20,000 nt of DNA from assembly GCA_023231475.1 (NCBI GenBank), contig JALJEE010000986.1:55425-75424 (forward strand), read 5' to 3'. Origin of the DNA: Seison nebaliae. Lineage: Eukaryota. This document shows positions 10,418 to 20,000 of this stretch, one piece after another. The first letter of the stretch is position 1. Each line of letters opens with the position of its first letter. A program made the translations under genes and the position numbers. The notes beneath the pieces are model-generated. The model was not told where the DNA came from. It did not search any database and was given only the letters and a program-made list of their open reading frames with translations.

Positions 10418-11793
10418 TTATGGTTTCCATTCAACAATCTCGAGCGCAATCTTTCCAAATTTCCGTACCAAAGCATTAGGACTTTCTTCCCATTTCTTCA
10501 TTTCTTCAATTCTACCAAGTAATCCCTTACGGACTAGTGGATGCTCTCCAAAAACGCAACATAACTGAAATAATAAACAGCAAATGTTCTTTAGAAAATG
10601 AAGAACTTGAATTAAATTCGTTAGAAGACTATTTGGAAGGAATTTATTGTCCATAAAAATATATATTTCATCCAATAATCCCTTCTCATAACAATACAAT
10701 TTCGGTTCAGTTGTAATACAAATGATGGCGAACATCTTAAATATTTGAGAAGTGAATTCAATCATGTTATTGTCGTTCAATTTATTGTTGTCGAACAACT
10801 TCAATTTTCCCAATAAATCTTCGATAAAATGTTCTTCTTTCATAATCAATCTTCTTCCCTCACCACATGAACTACAGATCTTAAAGAGATAATCGAATAA
10901 TACTCAACTAACCAAACGTCAAATATATTCACGCAAATATTTCGCACCAATTCAAAGTCGTCAATTTCTAATATCATACGGTGGAAGACGGATAGACAAT
11001 TCAATTCCAACAATTTCTTCTTACATTCTTCGTTCGTTTTAATACAATTATGTATCGTCTCCAATTGAAGTATCTATAAGAAAGATGTAAGTTTATTTTT
11101 TCGACTGCTAAATTCCAGGAACTTTTAATAATTTGTCATTTTCATTCTCAATTTCCTCCAGCCAATTCTCTAGAAAGGAGTCACTTCCTATCAATGCGTC
11201 TTGACCATTCTCTTTTATTGAAATTGAATGAATACATTCATGAATTAAACGTCGATTATTTAAATCTTGATGTTTTCTCTCTTCCAGGAAATAAGAGATA
11301 TAATTTTGTTCGATGATAAATGTCTTACCGAATTGAACATCTTTTTTAGAAAGAAAAATTAGTTTGATTCTCAATTATTTTGTATGTTTACTATGCTACA
11401 AGAGATACGGGAACAGTAGTGCAAATAATCGATAGTTAAAATAAAAAATTTACTTAATATTGTTCTTAGGCATTCGATAGATTTGAAACAACTAAATGTA
11501 TTTTCTGATGATAGAAATTTAACTAATTGTTCCACAATTCCCAATTTCATTGATTGTTGAATGTTTTCCGGATCATGTAACATATCCGACAAACTTCGTA
11601 AATTCCTGTGTACCTTCAAGATTTCACTACTATTTAATTCTCTCCTCTTCCAACAGAAATAAAAGTAGATAAAATGATGAAATGAAGAAACACCAACAAT
11701 TTTGGGCAGAGCGCGATCTCCAAATGCAACCGGAGCATTCGCTACATCAATTAACGACGGCAAATGATCAGGTACACCGATGTACTTTGTCAT
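10418..11793 (-). CDS. RSPH14: Radial spoke head 14 homolog (RTDR1, armadillo repeats), 6 exons: 11793-11698, 11646-11454, 11340-11123, 11073-10913, 10871-10607, 10564-10418 (~359 aa)
   Basis: The N-terminal AFGDRALPKI-RREL...LSDMLHDPE and the C-terminal GKIALEIVEWKP match the remembered RSPH14 termini (AYGHRALPKL..LCDLMHDPE; IAISVIEFKP). Five GT..AG introns keep the frame. Intron 4 could alternatively be 10917-10880. Confidence 0.9.
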
Positions 11794-13960
11794 GATAAAA
11801 ATTAAACTAATTGTGAAGGACGAAAATTAGGAAACTCTAATTTTTTTTTCGAAATAAAATATATGAAAAAAAATATAAAATAAATTTTATAAGAACTCAT
11901 AAAATAATTATATTTTTATATAATGTTAGACATTAAATTTTTGAACATGTTTGAAACTCTTTGGAAGAGTTATTAATAATGAGATTCTTCAATATTTCAG
12001 ATATTTATAAGAATTACGAAAAGTTTAAAATCTACTGAATAGCATACGAATCCGGAAATACATAATGAGTAATAAGTTCAGAACAATTAATTTGAGAGTT
12101 GAAACTCTCGCAATGTGTAGATGTTGATCTGTAAGATCCGATGTTTGTACAGATATACAGATATTGTACAGTAGAGTCGATACTGCTGAGATATATCTTC
12201 GATAAGTTACTGACAATGCAGAATAACTCCCTGAAATTGAACATAAATTATCCATTGAGAAACTTCTACCGATGGACCCTTATCAAAACAATACTATTAC
12301 ATATTCGATCAAGGCAGTTTAACGAATTTTCCGTACCAGTTATTAACATATCAGACTGTCTCATTTTTTGGACTCGATTATATGTGTTCTTTTGATCTAA
12401 AATAGCTTGAAAGAACTTTATGTAAATTATATCTTTCTGAATAAATTATTAATTAATAATTAAATAATTACAAATCTTCAGGTTTTCGTTGTGATAGATA
12501 AGTTGCGGATAATATATTAATAGATAACACATAAGTTGTTGAACTCTCATTTTCTTCTTCTCTCAGTTCATTCTAATATTATGGTTATTGAAGCACTTTT
12601 ATTAGATATTTGCCGGAAAGAATAACAATCGAATTATATTTGAGCTTGCTCGTAACATAGCAACACGTAAAAAATCCCTTACAAATTATTTTCCATTTAA
12701 ATGGTAATGAAAATAAATTCTAATGTTCAGCTTGATGTAGACCTATTGTGTTATTGATAAAATATATTGTATATTTTATAATAATTTCTTATTTTTGAGA
12801 ATAACTTAAGTCACTATTTTTAAGTCTTAATTTACTGTTTACTTATTACTGTTGCTATTTTCTGTTTAATTTCTTCAACATCATATTGCAAAAATCGTTC
12901 CTTATAGTTTTTCAAAAGTTATGAGGGTCAACTACTTTCTTAAAGTCAACTTAAAGAAGTTGATCTTATCCTTTTTCTAATTGACAACTTAATTCGGTTT
13001 ATTTTATGAAAAGAGAGTTATCTTACGTTAATTCCTTTTCTTAAAAATAAACCCACGAATCACAATTTTGGTGAATTATCTGCTTCTTAATCTTTTGAGG
13101 AAAGTTAATTCCCAAACTAAACTTCATCTTCTTTTAAATTTGATAAAACATTTCTGAAACAATGCCTTTTGATGTTTTAAAACATTACATTATCGTGGAA
13201 TTATTGCAATAAGAAATTTAAATGAATGATTCAATTTTATCATATTTGAATAAATTAAGTAATTTTGTCCAAAATTCTAAATTTTTTTTTGCATACTTTT
13301 GGTAATAACTTTTGTTGTTTCGAAACAGTAGTTACTTAGTCAATAATAGCGATCGCTATTGTGCACTCCGTTGTCGATTTGTTTAATCGAACCAATTTTA
13401 GTGAAACTAGCATCGTTAGGTTGTCACGTTCAAATTCTACGGTTCGAGAAACAACATCTCTTCTAATAAGAGTTTGTTGAGGAAATCAATATGAGTATCA
13501 TATTGATGTCTGCAATCAACCACTCTAGAATTATCAACTAACAATAGTTCCTACTCTTCAAAAGTAAATAAACAAACACAAACGTAGACCCAGACCCCGA
13601 TCTCTGCGATCATTAACTATGATCGTATCAAAAGAAGTGAACTCTGCGAAATAAATTAATGTTCAAATATATTCTTCAAAAAACCAACAATTACTCTTTG
13701 TTCTAGAACAGAAACAAACTGATTTTCTTGTTATAAACATTATAACAAACAATTATAAAAATTTTCTATGATATTTTTCACACGGTCATGTTCCTCCGAA
13801 CGAACTTACCGGAAGGTTCTATCGTTGTTCATAAGTACGTAATATTTGAGGATAACTGTTTTAAATTTTTGATATATTTTTTGCGATTCATAAGATTATT
13901 ATTTATTTGGTTTTATTGCTTGCTTATTGTATTTGTAAATTATTATGTATTAGATAAGTA

Positions 13961-14759
13961 GGTGATGGGGGGACAGAACGTAACCCTATATAAAAATTTT
14001 GTAAAATTTCTCAACCTTTTAATAATTTTTTGGACTGCTCTCAACCTTCTATAAACGTTTTGGACATTTCTGACGGCTTCTTTGGCTTTTTTATAATGTA
14101 TTCCATGCCGCGTACTTTGGGTCGTTAACATTTGTTCGGTAATTATCATTCGTAATAACGTTCATAACATTATCATAATATTCATTCTCATTTTCATTTT
14201 CTTTTCAATTCGTTACATATATAACCGAATAATAAGAATAAAGATTTTTCGAAATTTAAGATTTTGAATTGTTCAGATGAAAAATAAAGACGATTGTTTA
14301 AATTTATTGTTTGAGATCAAATGGAATAGATTTCAACGGAATCTAACTTTCATAAAATACAGTATCGATTACGAGAAAAAAGTAAATACATTTCTTATGT
14401 CAAAATTAACTATTGATTTTTTCAGTTTCTCATCTTTCACTCTATCGGGTAATCTTTTTCGAGATAAACATATGAACTGTATAAAGTTACAGATATATTA
14501 TGTCTTAAATTTAAAAAATCATTCAAAAACCCTACTGTACAAAATTTAAGTTGAATCAATGTTCTGATTCTAAGTTAAATCAACCAGATAAATGTGTTGA
14601 AATTGCGTTCTAAATTTCTGCTTATAACAACCTTTTCCCGCAAATCAACGTTGAAAAATTTTTTTCTGTACAGTAGGGAAACTAAGTCAGGAACTATCCT
14701 AATAACTAGAACTGTCCTCTACAAAATTTTTATATAGGGTTACAATCTGTCCGGTTACC
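13961..14759. mobile_element. Non-autonomous TIR (MITE-like) element, superfamily unclear
   Basis: 33-bp inverted repeats at 13971-14003 and 14720-14752 (31/33 match). An internal ~30-bp tandem duplication lies at 14009-14068. AAGTA flanks both sides (13956-13960, 14760-14764) as a possible TSD. No credible ORF was seen. Confidence 0.6.
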
Positions 14760-14800
14760 AAGTAGATATCAGATATAAGCGTAATTTAACCATTGAAATA

Positions 14801-15574
14801 CACTTTGTTCAGAAATTTTAAAGACAATCATAATACGTGGTTAACTTGGAAAGCCCAAATTTTTGTTCGGAAATTTTAAAAAGAACATAAATTACTTTAT
14901 TTTTTATGACTAACAATTTCCCTTATGCGTTAAAACATAAGTCATACGACTAGAAAAGGATAGAATCAGTTTTCGTATTAATTTTTAGGTTCCTTTCTTA
15001 GATCGTACCAGTAATAGGAAAATTCATCTCGGATCGGCCGTCATCTTTGGTTGGATATTCATTTTTTCGTATTTGAATCTTCCTTCGCTAATTCTCTGAC
15101 AAATCGTCGTCTTCGCTAATGATAAATGTAAACTAGAGCGAATTTTAGACGACGATGATCCCTCTTTTGAAGCCTCCCTCATAATCATTCGATCCGTTTG
15201 AGGAGAACTTTTTCTTTTCCTTCCGGCTTTCTTCATATCATTTCCATAGTTCTCCTTATTCTTCAAATAATTATAAATTACCGTCCTGCTTCTGCCCATG
15301 TTTCGCCCAATATCCACGACGGACACATTTTCTGACACCAATCCATCAATGACGACTTTTTCATAATTATTAAGAGGTTTTGCTTTTCTCATCTTTAATT
15401 TTTTCAATAAATGATGATTACATATCAGTCCGCTTTAAACAGGTGCAACGGAAATTTAATGATTTCTACTCTAAACGGTTTTATAACCGGAGTTTTTAAA
15501 ATTTCGGAACGAAAATTTGGGCTTTTCAAGTTTACCATGTATTATGATAGTCTTAAAAATTTCTGAACGCAGTA
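14801..15574 (-). mobile_element. Internally deleted Tc1/mariner (Tc3-like) DNA transposon, 774 bp
   Basis: 82-bp TIRs at 14801-14882 and 15493-15574 (72/82 identical by hand alignment). Each TIR has two GTTC.GAAATTTT direct repeats, TA flanks both ends (14799-14800, 15575-15576), and the element encloses a transposase fragment. Confidence 0.92.
15024..15392 (-). pseudogene. Truncated Tc3-like transposase: N-terminal DNA-binding region only, DDE domain deleted
   Basis: MRKAKPLNNYEK...IGRNMGRSRTVIYNYLKNKENYG...GRKRK...DRMIMREAS...SKIRSSLHLSLAKTTI...PKMTAD follows the remembered Tc3 transposase N-terminus (HTH, GRPR-like linker, second HTH) and stops just before the catalytic domain. Confidence 0.85.
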
Positions 15575-15951
15575 TATGTGTATATTAGTTTTAAAATGTG
15601 AAAATCCAAAATGTTGCATTTATAAAGTTTTTCATTGAAAAAAAAAAGATTATTTAAGTTATTTCAATCATAAATTGCATTATTCAGAGTTTAATTGATA
15701 ACTTGAGTAAGTTAAACATTGGTATTAATGGATATTCATTTTAGTAATGTTAAATAACATGCGTTGAGTAATAATCGAATTATGTAAGATTTTAATTTAT
15801 TATAAACAAGACTACAAACAAACCAGAAATTCGATTGTACAAGAGAATAGTGGTTCATTTAAAACAATTTAATTCTTCCTCAATAAAACATTGTTTGAGT
15901 AGAATATTGATATTAAAAAGAAGAAAGCGCCTTTCGAATCAATCTATCGAT

Positions 15952-16180
15952 TTACAAATCCATCGTTGTTACTTGATTGACAGCACCAATTCCCACAATG
16001 AACATGGCACAAGTTTTCGATAATCCCCTAAAATTAAGATGAAGTAAGAAGAAATATTCACGAAATCAAAAACCATAGGCCAGGATTTTCGTATACGAAG
16101 TTAATTGTATCCTTTGTCTTTTTATAGGTCGAAGATACCGTGCTCGTAACGACCCTAATCTGCTTCATTAGAAAATTCAT
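15952..16180 (-). CDS. 60-aa single-pass membrane microprotein, TOM6-like (mitochondrial import receptor small subunit); exons 16180-16074 and 16027-15952
   Basis: A 46-nt GTT..TAG intron joins MNFLMKQIRVVTSTVSSTYKKTKDTINFVYENPGLW to GLSKTCAMFIVGIGAVNQVTTMDL*. The C-terminal F..G(I/V).........DL spacing mirrors the remembered human TOMM6 LFAAGVWLARNLSDIDL. Confidence 0.55.
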
Positions 16181-16807
16181 CTGATTTTTAATGAGATAAT
16201 ATAATGTGATAGAATATAAATAGAATGATAAAAAATTTGGCTTTGAAGAAAAGTGTCGGAAGAGAATGAATCTGAAATTAAATCGATTCAAATATTTAAC
16301 TCTACCAATTTTTTTTATATTCGGAGCAACTTTGGAATACACAATGATCCACTGGCGTCCCAACGGCGTAAATTTCTGTTAACGAAATTTCTTTATTTTT
16401 CTTAAAATTTATTGTTTTTCTTTAAGACGATGTTTGGATACGAAAATACGTTCACACGACAGTGGATGAAAGAGAAAGAATTTTCCACGAACGGAAACTA
16501 CTTTTCACATCAGATAAATAATTCAACTTATAATTACATAATAGAATAAATTTGTCTTCAAAAAATATTCATATACCATAATTAGAACAACCATTGAAAT
16601 ATTAAAACGATTGAAAAGTGAAATATTTAGAAATTAGAAAGAAATATTCTAAAAATTGAAATATCTTCAAAACGAAGTTCAAAACTTAAATTTTGAATTT
16701 GTAAATGTCGATTTTTCTAACCTAAATTTTCTCTCAATTCTCTTTCCTCTCATCTCCATGACGATTACGTAAACATTTGTAACAAAAAGAATCGACAGAT
16801 TATCAGG

Positions 16808-19465
16808 ATGCCGATGAAATCTCAGAAATCAAGAACAGATGATATCTCATTGGGAAGTGAGATAGAAAAATATCAATCGAAAATCGCTTTACTTGGTTCG
16901 TAAATTGAAATAGTTGACTATATTTCCTCGTTTCCAGCCATCAGTTGTGATAGAAAAGAATTGAAAGATGAATCGGATGCAATAAAAATTAAGAACAATG
17001 ATCGAATTAGTACGTTGCGTGAAGAGAACAATCGACTACGTCAAAATTTACAAGATCAACCCGAAGTTCTTCCTATTTCCAATTAGTTTTTTTCTATTAA
17101 TTTCGAAGAGTTTTGAAGAGAAAGAGATTGTGGATATGTTTAAGAACGATCCGACGATCAAATCAGTTGGAAAAGATCTCAAAGGAGAAGTTTGATAAAA
17201 CTTTTGATGTAACACTATAATAGGTTCAGAAAGGAACTCAACAACTTATACAGATGAATAGTAAATTGAAAAATCGAGAAAATGAATTTCGACACAAACG
17301 AGCATTATTACAGAAACAATTGGCTGATTGTACGATGAAGATCGACGAGGAAAATGGGAAATTGTTAAAATTGGACAACGATGAAACCTTCCAAAAAACC
17401 ATCACCGCACAGGTTTCTCCTTTTGATGGAAATAAAATTAAAATTAGAATTAAAAGAGTTTAAATGAAAGGATGAGATTGTTAATTAATCAACAATATAA
17501 GATGGATAGTCGATTAGAAGAAGGAAGAAATATTCATAATCTTTTCTATTCGTTAAAAAACTCGATTATTGAGGTAAAGTTTAAGATGGAAATAAAACGA
17601 TTATTCTGAATTAATTCTTATTTGTTACGTAACTGCCTTTCGTTAGTTTGTTTCAGAATTCCATTTGTCAGTCGTTTGTTATTTGTAGTAAATTTCATAT
17701 TATTTCTCCCTTTTCTTTTTAACAATTTTCATTTGAAATTTAAAATTTGTCGATTTGAAAACCATCGGAAAAAAGGATACGAGACAATTGGAGAATAAAA
17801 TGGGCAAATCAGATTTGAAGTGTAGCGAAGCGGCTACGATTCAGAAGACTTACGAAGAAATTCGGAAGAAATTATTGGAAGTTTGTTTTTCTTTTAATTA
17901 ATTTTCTTTTTATAATTATTCTCATATTTTCAATGGAACAACATCATTTGGCATGAATATTTTTCAAATTTTTTTTTCAATCCTCCTTCATGTGATTCCC
18001 AAATATTTTGTCATAATATGATTATTTTTTCGTCAACCATTTGTTTGTGGAATATTCAAGAGAAGTAATCGAATATTCATTTTTGTCTGTGAACATTTTG
18101 ATGATTCTCGTTTGAGATGATATTGATTATTCGATTTAATTTAGGAAAGTTTACGATATAATAAGACTCTCGATCAGACGATGAGGAATATTGAGAATAC
18201 AACTCAAGAATTGGATCAATTTAAAATGATGAATTTGGAAGCGGAGAAATCGTGTAAGATCGTCGAATATGAACTTCAGGAATTCACCGATGCCGCTTAT
18301 ATGGAAAAGAAAGAACGAACGATACAATTGAATGAAATTCAAGTGGAGGCAGAAGAGAAACGGAAAGAAATGGACCATATGGAGAAGACTATGCAACAAC
18401 AACATCAACAACAACAATCGACAATGAATAAAGCGAGTGGCGAACAACGAGCTCAATCGAATACTTATGGAGTGATGAATGAGAAGCAAATTCAACGACA
18501 GAAACAATTGGAAGAAATGTTTCAAAAGATTACAGGTGAATTTCTTTTATTTTCAATCAGAAACTTTTTTAAAATATTTCGAAATTTTCGATAAAATTTT
18601 CTTCAACTACAGATACCACTGGTACCAATAAGATAGTTGATGCGGTGAAAAAGTTCGAACAACAAGAAATGAAGAAAGAACAAACAGGGAAAATTCAGGA
18701 AGAGAATGAGAAGAATATCGAAAAGTTATTGACAAGGAAACAGGATTTAGCTGCTCAATATGAAAAATTGAAATATTCTGGTGCCAATATCACGTCGATG
18801 GGAACAAGTCAGCAACAACGTTTAAATGAAGATATAAAAGAATTAGAGAAGGTCACCACGTTGCAACAGAAAAAATTGCAAAATTATCGTTATCTTCTAA
18901 CGAAAGCCAAAAGTGGAATTGATCATTTGTCACGGAAATTGACTGATATTAAAATCGTTTGATCCTTTTATTATTATTCTTCTAATTGTCATTCTGTTGT
19001 CTTAGCAACGATCTGGTATATCTGGTGTAAATACCGTAGACGGTTCTGATGAGATGCTATTGGATCACTTAAGTGAATGTGAAGAGAAGTTAATTGTTCT
19101 ATTGCAACAGATTGAAGGAAACGAGAAAGATAAGAAACAATTAAAATTTGATGATGTTTCTATTTACTTTAAATGTTCTAGAATTACAATTTTTCTAGTC
19201 GAAGAATTTGACGAATGATCACCTTCCACAGTACAATCAACGTGTAGCTTGGTCGTCATTGAACAAAGATATTTCCAGTTTAAATTTTGAAAATAATTCT
19301 TCTGATTACCCCTTAACTTCTTCAGTAGGTACTGAACACGACGATGAAGATGACAGCGATGGTGATGAAGATACGAAAGCGTTGACAAGAGACCAAATAA
19401 AAAAGAATGCAGAAATGGCATTGGAATTGAAAAAACGAGGAATGGGTGGAAAGAAGAAACATTAA
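16808..19465 (+). CDS. ODAD3: Outer dynein arm docking complex subunit 3 (CCDC151); exons 16808-16895, 16938-17065, 17109-17189, 17230-17412, [17457-17573 and/or 17776-17880], 18145-18535, 18613-18956, 19006-19155, 19199-19465 (~580 aa)
   Basis: Coiled-coil protein with KIALL..DRK..ES..I.KN..I..LREEN, RQLENK, KITDTTGT...VKKF, GIDHL, CEEKL, LPQYNQRV, an acidic tract, TRDQIK and a basic end, all matching remembered CCDC151 features. GT..AG introns keep the frame. The intron 1 boundaries are ambiguous (16896-16937 or 16900-16944). Confidence 0.88.
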
Positions 19466-19852
19466 AAAATTGATTTAGTCGTTTCAGATGAAGCAAATCT
19501 TTTATAAAACTATTTTATCTCTCGAATTTATTATCCACTTCTTTCATTCGTAATATAAGATATTCTTCCTAAATCAAATCACTTCTCTCGTACCTTCTAA
19601 ATGATTATTATGTTTTGATTTTATAAAAGTTAAGTAATATTCTTCATCATTTAATTTAATTTATTTAGTTAGAATTCCCGTAGGGATAAAAATGAAAAAA
19701 AGGAGAAAAAATTATTATCGTCCTCGATATCAATATAATGTCGTAATTAATCGAGGGAATCATGATCAATTGATAGCGAAGAGGTGGGGTCATATGAAGT
19801 ATTCAAATATTTGAAATGAGTAGGAGAAATGTTGACGGATATCTCATAGTGG

Positions 19853-19999
19853 TTATCGGAATTTTAGCGCATTGTTTCCTCCTTCATTTCCATTGTTTGT
19901 TCTTGGAAGACTTGAAATAATTCGGTTGTAATTTGACCATAATGAAGGAGGAAAAGGGGGTTTTGTGTATCCTGCCATGTTTCTAAAACCAATGTAATT
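19853..19999 (-). mobile_element. Mutator-like (MULE) transposase fragment, running off the window end
   Basis: The minus frame NYIGFRNMAGYTKPPFPPSLWSNYNRIISSLPRTNNGNEGGNNALKFR* matches the invertebrate MULE motif YIG....P.FP..LW..Y.R....LPRTNN..E..N, which carries the catalytic Glu. It stops prematurely just after the motif. Confidence 0.8.
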
Positions 20000-20000
20000 G

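Noticed and set aside
13345..13360. Perfect 16-bp palindrome AATAGCGATCGCTATT in a slightly GC-richer, ORF-broken stretch (13320-13660)
   Set aside because: It is isolated. The surrounding frames only vaguely resemble a LINE endonuclease, which is not enough to call.
14277..14549. 90-aa ORF inside the TIR element
   Set aside because: It has AT-driven composition and no transposase or other motif.
18151..19496. Antisense ORFs of 124 and 110 aa over ODAD3
   Set aside because: They are shadows of coiled-coil coding exons with no independent evidence.
1..20000. Alternative genetic code or non-GT-AG introns
   Set aside because: All six gene models translate under the standard code with GT..AG introns, so no reassignment is needed.

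Overview
AT-rich eukaryotic (animal-like) genomic DNA with compact genes and very short spliceosomal introns (mostly 40-56 nt). It uses the standard genetic code, and the taxon cannot be fixed from the sequence alone. Hand-splicing gives six genes: the 3' part of an uncharacterised low-complexity protein gene (+), signal peptide peptidase HM13/SPP (-), the atypical MAP kinase MAPK15/ERK7 (+), radial spoke protein RSPH14 (-), a 60-aa TOM6-like microprotein (-) and the outer dynein arm docking subunit ODAD3/CCDC151 (+). Intergenic DNA holds transposon debris: a decayed CR1/L2-type LINE ORF1, an internally deleted Tc3-like element with 82-bp TIRs, an unclassified TIR element and a MULE transposase fragment. 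The most notable observations are (i) a tandem pair of paralogous phase-0 exons in ODAD3 that look mutually exclusive and (ii) an unusual splice code, with about 28 of 31 donors being GTT, frequent AAG acceptors and an apparent minimum intron length of about 38-40 nt. Homology calls rest on remembered family motifs, not on database searches.
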